From positions 1-42,716 of the forward strand of contig JAUXBQ010000001.1 of NCBI GenBank assembly GCA_030619365.1: a stretch of DNA of 42,716 bases. Reading direction: 5' to 3'. The position numbers were made by a program, and so were the translations under genes. This DNA is from a candidate division FCPU426 bacterium (GTDB lineage: Bacteria > Oederibacteriota > JAAXVQ01 > JAUVAV01). This document shows, one piece after another, positions 23,456 to 34,063 of the stretch (position 1 is its first letter; each line of letters begins with the position of its first letter). Under the pieces are notes generated by a model, which worked only from the letters and a program-made list of their open reading frames with translations, was not told the DNA's origin and searched no databases.

Positions 23456-25018
23456 TTGCCCACCGCTAATCCGCGCGAAAAACCCGCTCACGTGACCCAG
23501 ACCCGGGCCTTCCGCCCGGGCCTGGGCCTCGGTTTCAAAATTTCCGCGGCCATTATCATTCTCATTTCCATCGTCATGGGCCTGGTCACCTGGGTGGTGC
23601 GCGAGCGAGTACAGGATACCCTGCTGGCCCAGATGCGGCTCAAAGGCCTGGCGCTAACCCGGGGCCTGGCCGCCAACGCCGCGGAAGCACTGATCACCGC
23701 TGATCGCCTCTTGCTATCCGAGCTGGTTGACAAGGCCGTCAAGCAGGAAGACGGCATCAACTTCGTAGCGTTGGTGGACGAAGAGGGCGTGATCCTGGCG
23801 CACAGTAATTACCAGCAGGAGGGGCAGAGGTATACCCTGCCGCCCGACTTCAGTCATGAACAGCTCCAAACCGGGCGCCTTTCCTATTATACGCTGGACG
23901 GCGAACCCTGCCTGGACTTTGCCCTGCCTATTCTGCTGGAGGAAATGGGCATCGGTTTGAAGAAAAAACTGGGAACCGCCCACGTCGTATACCTGCTCTC
24001 GCCCATCAGGCAGATTGTGAACACCACCCTCCGGGATATTTTTTACATCGCTGCCGGCGGTTTGGCGTTGGGCATCCTGTTCGCTCTGTTTCTGGTCAAG
24101 CGCATTACGCGGCCCATCGCCCGCCTGGCCGGGGCTGCCCATAAAATCGGCGCGGGCAATCTTGATCTCTCGTTGAAAATAACCAGTCGCGATGAATTAG
24201 GACAGCTGGCGTCGACCTTCAACCTGATGACCGCCAATCTAAAAAAGGCCCAAGCCGAATTAATCGTCAAGGAACGGCTGCAGCATGAAATGGAACTGGC
24301 CAGGCAAATACAGACTCTCCTGGTCCCTAAAAAAAGCCCCACGCTTCCAGGTTATTCGATCGGCATGCTGTACCGCGCCGCCCAGGAGGTCAGCGGGGAT
24401 TACTTTGATTTTATTGAGTTGGGCCATGGCCAGTGGGGCATTGTCATGGCCGACGTTTCAGGCAAAGGTATTCCGGGTGGGCTGGTCATGGCGCAGACCC
24501 GCGCCACGCTCAGGACCGTAGCGCCCGCGAGCACCTCCCCCCGGGAAACACTGTCCAAAACGCAGAGACAGCTGGATCAGGACATTCGCGAGGACATGTT
24601 CATCACGCTGTCCTATTTGGTTCTGGATGTCGCCAAAAAGCAACTCTGTTTGGCCCGGGCCGGGCACTTGGGCGCGCTGGTCTATCGTCAGGCCCTGGGC
24701 CGGTGTGAAATGGAAATGCCCGCCGGCATTGCGATCGGCATCGCGGACCCGGACACGTTTGAACGGAAACTTAGTGAAAAAACGATCAAGTTGCATCCCG
24801 GCGATTTCATTTTCCTCTACACGGACGGCATCGACGAGGCCAGCGACGAGGCCAACCACCTCTTTGGGCTGAACCGCCTGGTCAAGTGCCTGGTGGCTTC
24901 GGCCTCCTTACGGGCGGAAAAGATTATTACCCGGGTCGAACAGGCTGTCCGGGCTTTCGCCGGGAACGCCCCTCAAAATGACGACATGACCATGATCGTT
25001 ATTAAAATTGAAAAATAA
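23456..25018 (+). CDS. membrane sensor, HAMP domain and PP2C (SpoIIE/RsbU-type) serine phosphatase
   Basis: Two TM helices flank an extracytoplasmic region of about 150 aa. HAMP: 'RITRPIARLAGAAHKIGAGNLDLSLKITSRDELGQLASTFNLM'. PP2C motifs: 'EVSGDYFDF', 'VMADVSGKGIPG', 'LYTDGIDEA' and 'QNDDMTMIVIK'. The start codon is uncertain (TTG at 23456 or GTG at 23492). Confidence 0.88.
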   Translation: MPTANPREKPAHVTQTRAFRPGLGLGFKISAAIIILISIVMGLVTWVVRERVQDTLLAQMRLKGLALTRGLAANAAEALITADRLLLSELVDKAVKQEDGINFVALVDEEGVILAHSNYQQEGQRYTLPPDFSHEQLQTGRLSYYTLDGEPCLDFALPILLEEMGIGLKKKLGTAHVVYLLSPIRQIVNTTLRDIFYIAAGGLALGILFALFLVKRITRPIARLAGAAHKIGAGNLDLSLKITSRDELGQLASTFNLMTANLKKAQAELIVKERLQHEMELARQIQTLLVPKKSPTLPGYSIGMLYRAAQEVSGDYFDFIELGHGQWGIVMADVSGKGIPGGLVMAQTRATLRTVAPASTSPRETLSKTQRQLDQDIREDMFITLSYLVLDVAKKQLCLARAGHLGALVYRQALGRCEMEMPAGIAIGIADPDTFERKLSEKTIKLHPGDFIFLYTDGIDEASDEANHLFGLNRLVKCLVASASLRAEKIITRVEQAVRAFAGNAPQNDDMTMIVIKIEK

Positions 25019-25075
25019 ACGGATGAGAAGGTGAAAAGGGAGGGAGCGAGCGGAGGAATTTCCGGCTTCCGGCTG

Positions 25076-25417
25076 TCAGCGCATGCCGTGTTTTAACAAT
25101 TGGCTCCAAATAATCAGCTTGCCCTGCTTGTTGTTGTTGAAATCCATGAACTTCTCGACGTCTTTGGCCTGCTGAGCCGTGGGGTGATAGGCGTAGATTG
25201 GATCATCTGCTTCTCCCCACTGCCGCAGAAACCGCCTCTCTTTCAATAGTGAGAGCGGCTCTTTCAGGTCATTGGTTCGCCGCCCCAACCGGCTGGCAAT
25301 TCCTTCGGTGGTGTCGGTAATACCGGGATTATTCCATAAAAACACGAGTAATTCCCACATCACCAGGGAATCGACATTAGTGGCGATAAATTTGTCTAAT
25401 TCCTTGTCAAGCTTCAC
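25076..25417 (-). CDS. hypothetical protein, possibly a winged-helix fold
   Basis: 113 aa. GTG start with GGAGG 5 nt upstream and its own promoter. 'VMWELLVFLWNNPGITDTTEGIASRLGRRTNDLKEPLSLLKERRFL' looks like a MarR/ArsR-style wHTH by eye. No family recognised. Confidence 0.5.
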   Translation of the reverse strand: MKLDKELDKFIATNVDSLVMWELLVFLWNNPGITDTTEGIASRLGRRTNDLKEPLSLLKERRFLRQWGEADDPIYAYHPTAQQAKDVEKFMDFNNNKQGKLIIWSQLLKHGMR

Positions 25418-25450
25418 TGCTGCCTCCGCTGGGGGCCCGCAATATGGCAG

Positions 25451-25478
25451 AGTATAGCATAGCCCCTCTCTCTTTCAA
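25451..25478 (-). promoter_or_regulatory. sigma-70-type promoter for 25076..25417
   Basis: Minus strand reads TTGAAA (25478..25473), a 16-nt spacer, then TATACT (25456..25451). This is about 35 nt upstream of the GTG at 25417. Confidence 0.5.
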
Positions 25479-25527
25479 ACTATAAACCAAACTCCCTAAC
25501 CCGGACAAGCCGGAACCAAAAAAGTGT

Positions 25528-25681
25528 AAACTCGAAATCCGAAGCACGAAATTCGAAACAAATCCTAATTTTCAAAGGTTCAAATGTTCTAAACCGGAAC
25601 AGCACCGAATGAGTCGTTTCTTGGTTTTGAATTTTTGTCATTCGAGTTTGTTTCGGATTTCGATATTCGATATTCGGATTT
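25528..25681. repeat. palindromic low-complexity element of about 155 bp, built from TCGAAAT/ATTTCGA-type units
   Basis: TCGAAATCCGAA (25532..25543) is perfectly complementary to TTCGGATTTCGA (25652..25663). TTCGAAACAAA (25552..25562) is complementary to TTTGTTTCGGA (25648..25658) at 10/11 positions. There is a tandem CGATATT x2 at 25661..25674. The 76-aa track ORF 25480..25710 is just its translation. Confidence 0.7.
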
Positions 25682-25770
25682 AAACCCAGATTATCACATT
25701 TCCCTGCCATAAAAACACGAATTTAAGGACAAAGCTACTCACCCGCCAGGCCGCGGACGCGCGGCCGGGC

Positions 25771-28671
<2,901 letters not shown>

Positions 28672-28826
28672 GGCAACGATCCTTGTCTCATCGGCCGAAT
28701 ACCGGGCCGAAACAATTAGCTTAGCATAGGCTGGGGGAGGCTTGTCAAGGGGGGGCGGCTTCCGTCCCGGTTCAGCCGTTACCTGTTTAGACCGGCTGGG
28801 CCGTAAAAAGTTCGGTCACGCAAGCG

Positions 28827-29993
28827 TTATTCAGCCCGGTCCCTTCCACGGTGCTGAAAACGGCGGATATATTTCCTGTCCAGCCAATGCTTGAGCCCGG
28901 CCACCCAGCGCCCGGAGAGCGCCCAGCGGTCCTTGACGGCCAGGGCTTCCCGGGAGCCCAGGGAAATAATTTGCCAGGGCCGGAAACGGGGTTGCCACGG
29001 ACGCAAAGGGCGGCCGTGCAGGCTGGCCAGGAGATTGTGCGCCAGCACCGGGCCTTGCCGGGCGGCGGACTGTCGCGAGAGGCGTTCGGCGATTCCGAAT
29101 ACACGGGCGCAATCCCCGGTGGCGAACAGTTCCGGGTGGGTGCGGAGACGAAGCGTGCGCTCTACCGGAAGCGCGCCGCGCGCGTCGGTTTCAAAACCCG
29201 CCTGGTTGAAAATATCGTTGATCCGGCCGCCGGTCGCCACGATGGCCAGGTCGAATTCCAGGGTTTCCCCGTGGTCCAGGACCAGCCGGTTTGATTGCAC
29301 GTGTTGCACCTCGGACTGGGTGCGCAGCTCGACGTCATGCGCCTGCAGAGCCAGGCCGGCCTGGCGAATAGCCGTGGGCGGCAAGCCGCCGAGCAAGCGG
29401 GGTTTGGCCTCCAGCAGAATCAAGCGCCAGCCGGCCGGCGGCCGGCGTTCGGCCATGAATTGGGCGGTGTTGATCGCGTACTCCACCCCGGCTGGACCGC
29501 CGCCCAGGATGACGATCTCCATGCGCTTTTCCGGAAACAACTCCAAAAATGTCTCGATCTCGTTCCTGATTTCCAACACCTTGTGCACCGGGCACACCGG
29601 AAAGCTGCCCTCGGCCGGAACGTCCCCTTCGGTTTCCGTGGGGAGCGACCCCAGCGCAAATGAAGCCAGGGCGTAGGTCAGCACCCGGCCGGACTTGGTC
29701 ATCACTTTTTTTTGTTTGGGCAGGAGCGTAACCGCTTCGTCCAGAATGAAGTCCGCGCCGTGGCGCTTGCACAAGGCGCGCAGATCCACATGAAAGTCCT
29801 TTAGTCCGTAAAAACCACTCAGGACTTCCGTGGCCATATTCGGGAAATACCAGAAAGGATTCCTGTCCAGGACCGTCAGCCGGGCGCCCTGGGCGCGGAG
29901 GGCCCGGGCCTGCGTGATCAGATGCAGGTGAGCCGGTCCGGCGCCCAGGGCCAGAACCGGCTTCGGCTCGGTCGCGGTGCTCTGGCGTTTCAT
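28827..29993 (-). CDS. FAD/NAD(P)-dependent pyridine-nucleotide-disulfide-type oxidoreductase (NDH-2/SQR-like)
   Basis: 388 aa from the ATG at 29993 (MKRQSTATEPKPVLALGAGPAHL...). Second dinucleotide fold 'IVILGGGPAGVEYA'. Distal 'LFATGDCA'. The ATG overlaps the mnmA stop (ATGA). The track ORF extension to 30212 is rejected. Confidence 0.8.
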   Translation of the reverse strand: MKRQSTATEPKPVLALGAGPAHLHLITQARALRAQGARLTVLDRNPFWYFPNMATEVLSGFYGLKDFHVDLRALCKRHGADFILDEAVTLLPKQKKVMTKSGRVLTYALASFALGSLPTETEGDVPAEGSFPVCPVHKVLEIRNEIETFLELFPEKRMEIVILGGGPAGVEYAINTAQFMAERRPPAGWRLILLEAKPRLLGGLPPTAIRQAGLALQAHDVELRTQSEVQHVQSNRLVLDHGETLEFDLAIVATGGRINDIFNQAGFETDARGALPVERTLRLRTHPELFATGDCARVFGIAERLSRQSAARQGPVLAHNLLASLHGRPLRPWQPRFRPWQIISLGSREALAVKDRWALSGRWVAGLKHWLDRKYIRRFQHRGRDRAE

Positions 29994-31093
29994 GCGGCTG
30001 CTCCTTCCACGGCAATCTCGCCCCCACCCAGTAAACGGTCCCCGGCATACATGGACGCCACTTGCCCGGGCGTCACCGCGCGCACGGGCCGCTCGAAATC
30101 CAGGCGCGCCCGGGTTTCGGAAAGAAAGGTCAGGCGGGCCGGAGCCGGCGCCTGGCGATAGCGTATCATGGCCAGTACGTCCCGGGGCTCCGGCCCCGGC
30201 GGCTCCCACCAATTCACGTCCCTTACATAGACCGATTGCGACCAGAGCGCTTCATCCGGCCCCACGACCACGCGGTTTTGGCGTTGGTCCAACTGAATTA
30301 CGTAGAGCGGTCGCGGGGCCGCCACGCCCAGTCCCCGTCGCTGCCCGATCGTGTAGTTCGGCAACCCGGTATGTTCGCCCAGGGTCCGGCCCGCCAAGTC
30401 CACAATTTCGCCGGGCGTAAATGCCTGGGGGACGCGTTGGCGGAGAAAATCCGAGTAGGCCAATTCCCGCAGGAAACAGATTTCCATGCTGCTTTCCGTC
30501 CCTTCCGGTTGTTCCTGCGCCAAATCCGTCTTCAGCGTGTCACACAGGGGAAACAAAACGTCTGCGTAGTTTTTTTTCGGGACCAGGGACAAAAAGTAGG
30601 TTTGATCTTTATGCCGGTCGCGGGGGCGCCGCAGGGTCAGCGCGCCATTGCTGTTTTGCAGGCAGGCGTAATGGCCGGTGGCCAGGGCGTCCGCGCCCAG
30701 GGCCCGGGCCCGCTCCCGGAGCAGGCCGAACTTGATGTCCCGGTTGCAAATGGCGCAGGGGTTGGGCGTCCGGCCCGCGGCGAAACCTGCGACGAACGGC
30801 GTGATGACCCGCTGCTCAAACTCGTCCCGCAGGTCCAGGATCTCGTGCCTGAGCCCCAGGTCCCGGGCCGCCTGGCTGGCATCCAGGCAGGCGCAGGGCA
30901 TGACGCAGCGTGCGCAGCCGTGCTCGGCTAATCCGGCTTGCGCGCGCTGCTCGGTGCGCGCCGTGGTGGGCAGGCCCTCCAGCTCCGGACACAAGCGCAT
31001 GGTCAGCCCGAAAACCTCATGCCCGGCAGCCTGCAGGCCGCGGGCCACGGCTGTGGAATCCATTCCTCCGGATAGAGCTACGGCTATTTTCAT
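29990..31093 (-). CDS. mnmA: tRNA 2-thiouridine(34) synthase
   Basis: PP-loop 'KIAVALSGGMDSTAVA', 'GRTPNPCAICNRDIKFG', 'ATGHYA', 'KDQTYFL' and C-terminal 'AVTPGQVASMY'. Confidence 0.9.
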   Translation of the reverse strand: MKIAVALSGGMDSTAVARGLQAAGHEVFGLTMRLCPELEGLPTTARTEQRAQAGLAEHGCARCVMPCACLDASQAARDLGLRHEILDLRDEFEQRVITPFVAGFAAGRTPNPCAICNRDIKFGLLRERARALGADALATGHYACLQNSNGALTLRRPRDRHKDQTYFLSLVPKKNYADVLFPLCDTLKTDLAQEQPEGTESSMEICFLRELAYSDFLRQRVPQAFTPGEIVDLAGRTLGEHTGLPNYTIGQRRGLGVAAPRPLYVIQLDQRQNRVVVGPDEALWSQSVYVRDVNWWEPPGPEPRDVLAMIRYRQAPAPARLTFLSETRARLDFERPVRAVTPGQVASMYAGDRLLGGGEIAVEGAAA

Positions 31094-31122
31094 TTTTTCT
31101 TTTCCTTCTTATTGTTTCCGCC

Positions 31123-31244
31123 GATGAAGGAGAGGAAGTAGTTATTTTTTTCCCAAAGATTTGCTTGGCCTCGCTGGGTTTTACTTCCTTCGCCCATCCA
31201 GGGCGTGGGAACGGGAAAAAAATAACTACTTCCTCTCCTTCATC
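31123..31244. repeat. perfect 32-bp inverted repeat with a 58-nt spacer, inside the predicted mnmA leader
   Basis: The left arm is GATGAAGGAGAGGAAGTAGTTATTTTTTTCCC (31123..31154). The right arm is GGGAAAAAAATAACTACTTCCTCTCCTTCATC (31213..31244). They are 32/32 complementary, checked base by base. The spacer holds a nested CGCCC-N5-GGGCG hairpin (31191..31205). Confidence 0.9.
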
Positions 31245-31287
31245 AAAACACAGGAAACTGACATAACAACATAATGAAAGCGGCCAT

Positions 31288-31316
31288 ATTGTAATAACCG
31301 ATCACTGGGCTGTCAA
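31288..31316 (-). promoter_or_regulatory. near-consensus sigma-70 promoter upstream of mnmA
   Basis: Minus strand reads TTGACA (31316..31311), a 17-nt spacer, then TACAAT (31293..31288). The predicted transcript would begin near 31281 and include the whole 32-bp inverted repeat before the mnmA ATG at 31093. Confidence 0.55.
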
Positions 31317-31357
31317 TGGTTTTGGGTTTGTATACGGCCGTAAGCGCCCGGGCAACT

Positions 31358-33124
31358 TCAACGCGCGCCGCGCGCTGGTTCCAGCTCGCGCAGGCGGCGC
31401 TCTATTTCGAGCTTCTCCCCGCGCCAGGCGGGATGCAGGTCCCGGGCCCGGCGAAAATTGTATTTCGCTTCGTCCCGGCGAGCGAGGCTTTGCAACGCCT
31501 GGCCGGCGAGGAAATATGCCCGGTAATCCAGGGGATTGAAGTGCCCGACTTCCTGCAGCCAGGCCAGGGCTTCCCGGTATTCCCCGCTGGCCAGCAGTCC
31601 TTCCGCTTCCCCGCGTCCGTGCTCGTAAACCAGGTATTCGTTGTATTTTCCGCTTTTGAGCAAGGGATCGGCCGGCAGGTTTGCGGGATCCGGCGGCTCT
31701 GCAAAATTGTTCAGGTCAAAGGCCACGAACTTTCCCAGTTGATGCGGCGGATTGGAAACCCAGGCTACCTGGTTTTTCAGATCAAACACCACGGTCTGGA
31801 CGGCGGTAAGTGAATTAATGGCTGCGCGGTGGCCCAAGCCCAGGGGCACGCCGAATTCACCCCGGCGGTCCCGCATAATCTTCACCGCGGACCGGGGCGT
31901 CATGGCCCGCCCGTTTTGCATGATAAGTTCCTTGAGACGCCGGTACCTGGCTAGCGAGGGGCCTTGGGAACGAACCTCCTGGTTCTCCGGGTCTTCCCGC
32001 AAGGGGGACGCGATCAGATGGTTGCTGGCCAGAATCAGGCCATTCTGCATTTGCCGGACCACGGTGCGGTCCGGCGATTTTTCAACCACCACAAACCGGT
32101 CTTCCTGGCCCGATCCGATGAGCAGGGATTGGGAAACCCCGATAGGGAACGCGCGCACGATGGCCACGGCCTGCTGGAGGGTTTTGGCCTCGGTCAAGAT
32201 TTTCCGGGCCAGCACGGAAACGGGCAGGCCCCCGGCGGCGCGCGTCTGGGTTTGCGCCGGCAGGCAGCCAACGCCCAAGCCACTCTCGTTCAGGCCGGCC
32301 AGCACGCCCCACATCCCCGGCCAAGTCACGGAGAGAAACTTCTGTCCCTTAAGCGGTTGCACGACCATTACCACCTTGTGCTGGTCAATTTTTTCCGCGC
32401 CGGGAAATTCCAAACAATGCGCCAGCAAGGGCGTCCCGTCCCGGGTGCGCTTGGCGGTCACTCCCCAGGCCAGCCCGCTGACCCGGGACCGCGCGTCCAG
32501 TCCCTGGGCCCTATCGTATAATGACAGGGCTTGCAAGCCCCGCGCATAGGCCGAACCGCAGGCAGAAAATTTCGCCCCACGCACGCCGGTCATACCCGCC
32601 ACTTCCCGGCGAATGGCCTCCGGGAGCGCGGCGCCCAAATGACGCTGGCGAAAAATGAGGCGTCGATAAAACGCCCAGCGCAGCGCGGAGTTGGGAATCC
32701 GTTCGCGCAGCATCCCCTCCAGCGCGATCTCCACGGCCTCCAGCTCGGGCTGCAGAAAACGGGCCAGGGCCACGCCCCGGATTTCCGGTTGCCCGCGCAA
32801 CCAGCAGGCCTGGATTTGTTCCCGCCGGAAGGCGTAGCAATCATTCAGCCGTCTCAATCCGTCCGGGTTTTCGGCGGGCGTAAGGTCCCGTAAGGCGCGG
32901 TCTCGGGAACCGGCCGGCGGCCGGGGCGTCCACCACCACTCCAGGACCACGGGCGTACACAGGGCCAGGAGCACCAGTACGGCGCTCACCCCGCCCCAGA
33001 TACCGCGTTTGGGTTTGATCAGGCGCTGTAGGGAACGGTCCCCCGACCGGAGGGGAATATCGATCCGGGATTTCCTTCGGTCGCGACCGTTCCCTACGAT
33101 TTGCACCTTGCTGATTTTTTTCAT
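31358..33124 (-). CDS. membrane-anchored C45/Ntn-hydrolase-like protein with C-terminal TPR-like repeats
   Basis: N-terminal TM 'IWGGVSAVLVLLALCTPVVL'. The central region 'RDGTPLLAHCLEFPGAEKIDQHKVVMVVQP..GQKFLSVTWPGMWGVLAGLNESGLGVG...ILASNHL' resembles the peptidase C45/acyltransferase family by eye. The C-terminal part 'EYREALAWLQEVGHFNPLDYRAYFLAGQALQSLARRDEAKYNFRRARDLHPAW' is TPR-like. Family call unverified. Confidence 0.5.
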   Translation of the reverse strand: MKKISKVQIVGNGRDRRKSRIDIPLRSGDRSLQRLIKPKRGIWGGVSAVLVLLALCTPVVLEWWWTPRPPAGSRDRALRDLTPAENPDGLRRLNDCYAFRREQIQACWLRGQPEIRGVALARFLQPELEAVEIALEGMLRERIPNSALRWAFYRRLIFRQRHLGAALPEAIRREVAGMTGVRGAKFSACGSAYARGLQALSLYDRAQGLDARSRVSGLAWGVTAKRTRDGTPLLAHCLEFPGAEKIDQHKVVMVVQPLKGQKFLSVTWPGMWGVLAGLNESGLGVGCLPAQTQTRAAGGLPVSVLARKILTEAKTLQQAVAIVRAFPIGVSQSLLIGSGQEDRFVVVEKSPDRTVVRQMQNGLILASNHLIASPLREDPENQEVRSQGPSLARYRRLKELIMQNGRAMTPRSAVKIMRDRRGEFGVPLGLGHRAAINSLTAVQTVVFDLKNQVAWVSNPPHQLGKFVAFDLNNFAEPPDPANLPADPLLKSGKYNEYLVYEHGRGEAEGLLASGEYREALAWLQEVGHFNPLDYRAYFLAGQALQSLARRDEAKYNFRRARDLHPAWRGEKLEIERRLRELEPARGAR

Positions 33125-33984
33125 GCGGCCCCCTGCGGCCGGGCCAGGAGCCGAAGCCGGCGCATGTTGGTTCGGTCCGGTCCCTGTTCGTCAAAGCCCG
33201 GCGTTTCCAAAATGAACGGCATGTCTCGCCAGGCCGCATGGCGCAGCAGATTCCGCAGCCCGGGCCGGCCCACGTGTCCTTCGCCCAGGTTGGCATGATG
33301 GTCCCGGTGTGAGCCGCAAGCCGTTTTGGAATCATTCACATGAATACACCCGATGCTGCGGTATCCCGGCCCGTGCCGCACGTCGCGGAGCAATTGTTGG
33401 AATCCTTCTGGCCGGGACAAGTGGTATCCCGTGGCGCACAAATGCGCGGAATCCAGGCAAACTCCGAACCGGTCCCCCAGGGACCGGCACAGGCGCCCGA
33501 GCGTGGCCAGGTCTCCCAGGCTGTTCCTGGTCCCGGCCATGCCCTCCAAAAGCAAGCGGCAGTTCGGCGGAATGTCCGGCGCGAGCTGGTGCAGGGCCCG
33601 CAGCAACCTTTCTTCTCCGCGCCCGTCCCCCAGGTCAGACCCCGGATGTACGACCACGCACCGCGCCTGCAGCCGGCCGGCGGAAATCAGGTCAAGGCGC
33701 AGGGCGCGCAATGATTTCCGCACCACTTCGGGCTTGGGAGAGGCCAGGTTGACCAGATAGATGGCATGGATCACGAGCTCCCGGACCCCGTGCGCCGGGG
33801 CGGCCGCCAGGTAGTCGCGGGCTGCGCGGACCGTGACCGGGCTCCCCTGCCAGCCGCGGGGATTGGCGGCAAAGATCTGCACGCAAGTACATCCCAGGTC
33901 CCGGGCACGCGCCAGGGTTTTCAGCAATCCCCCGGCCGTGGACAAATGGGCGCCCAGCAATTGATCAGGTTTTGTTTTTTTCAT
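33121..33984 (-). CDS. nfo: deoxyribonuclease IV (endonuclease IV)
   Basis: 'LGAHLSTAGGL', 'CVQIFAANPRGW', 'VVHPGS' and 'CIHVNDSKTACGSHRDHHANLGEG' match AP endonuclease family 2 signatures. Confidence 0.9.
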   Translation of the reverse strand: MKKTKPDQLLGAHLSTAGGLLKTLARARDLGCTCVQIFAANPRGWQGSPVTVRAARDYLAAAPAHGVRELVIHAIYLVNLASPKPEVVRKSLRALRLDLISAGRLQARCVVVHPGSDLGDGRGEERLLRALHQLAPDIPPNCRLLLEGMAGTRNSLGDLATLGRLCRSLGDRFGVCLDSAHLCATGYHLSRPEGFQQLLRDVRHGPGYRSIGCIHVNDSKTACGSHRDHHANLGEGHVGRPGLRNLLRHAAWRDMPFILETPGFDEQGPDRTNMRRLRLLARPQGAA

Positions 33985-34063
33985 GGCGATTTTCCCGTAA
34001 AACTCATTATGACAGACAACGAATGAGGCAGGAACGGGCCCGGCCGCCGGACGCGTCCCGCAC

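Noticed and set aside
25480-25710. 76-aa ORF 'MAGKCDNLGLNPNIEYRNPKQTRMTKIQNQ...CFEFRASDFEF...'
   Set aside because: It is the translation of the TCGAAAT/ATTTCGA palindromic repeat. It has no SD and low complexity, and it sits in the uvrA terminator and wHTH promoter region.
28691-28710. Possible LexA/SOS operator upstream of uvrA (dyad TCGGCC-N8-GGCCGA)
   Set aside because: It does not match any LexA box consensus I know (CTGT-N8-ACAG, GAAC-N4-GTTC). A 6-bp GC dyad is unremarkable in GC-rich DNA.
29994-30212. 73-codon N-terminal extension of the flavoprotein ORF (track 28827..30212)
   Set aside because: The extension overlaps the mnmA 3' end in another frame and is Gly/Arg/Pro-rich. An ATG at 29993 overlaps the mnmA stop (ATGA) and immediately precedes the dinucleotide-binding fold.
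30910-31266. 118-aa plus-strand ORF running through the mnmA start and the 32-bp inverted repeat
   Set aside because: It is antisense to mnmA, and its C-terminal half merely translates the palindrome and its spacer. No motifs.
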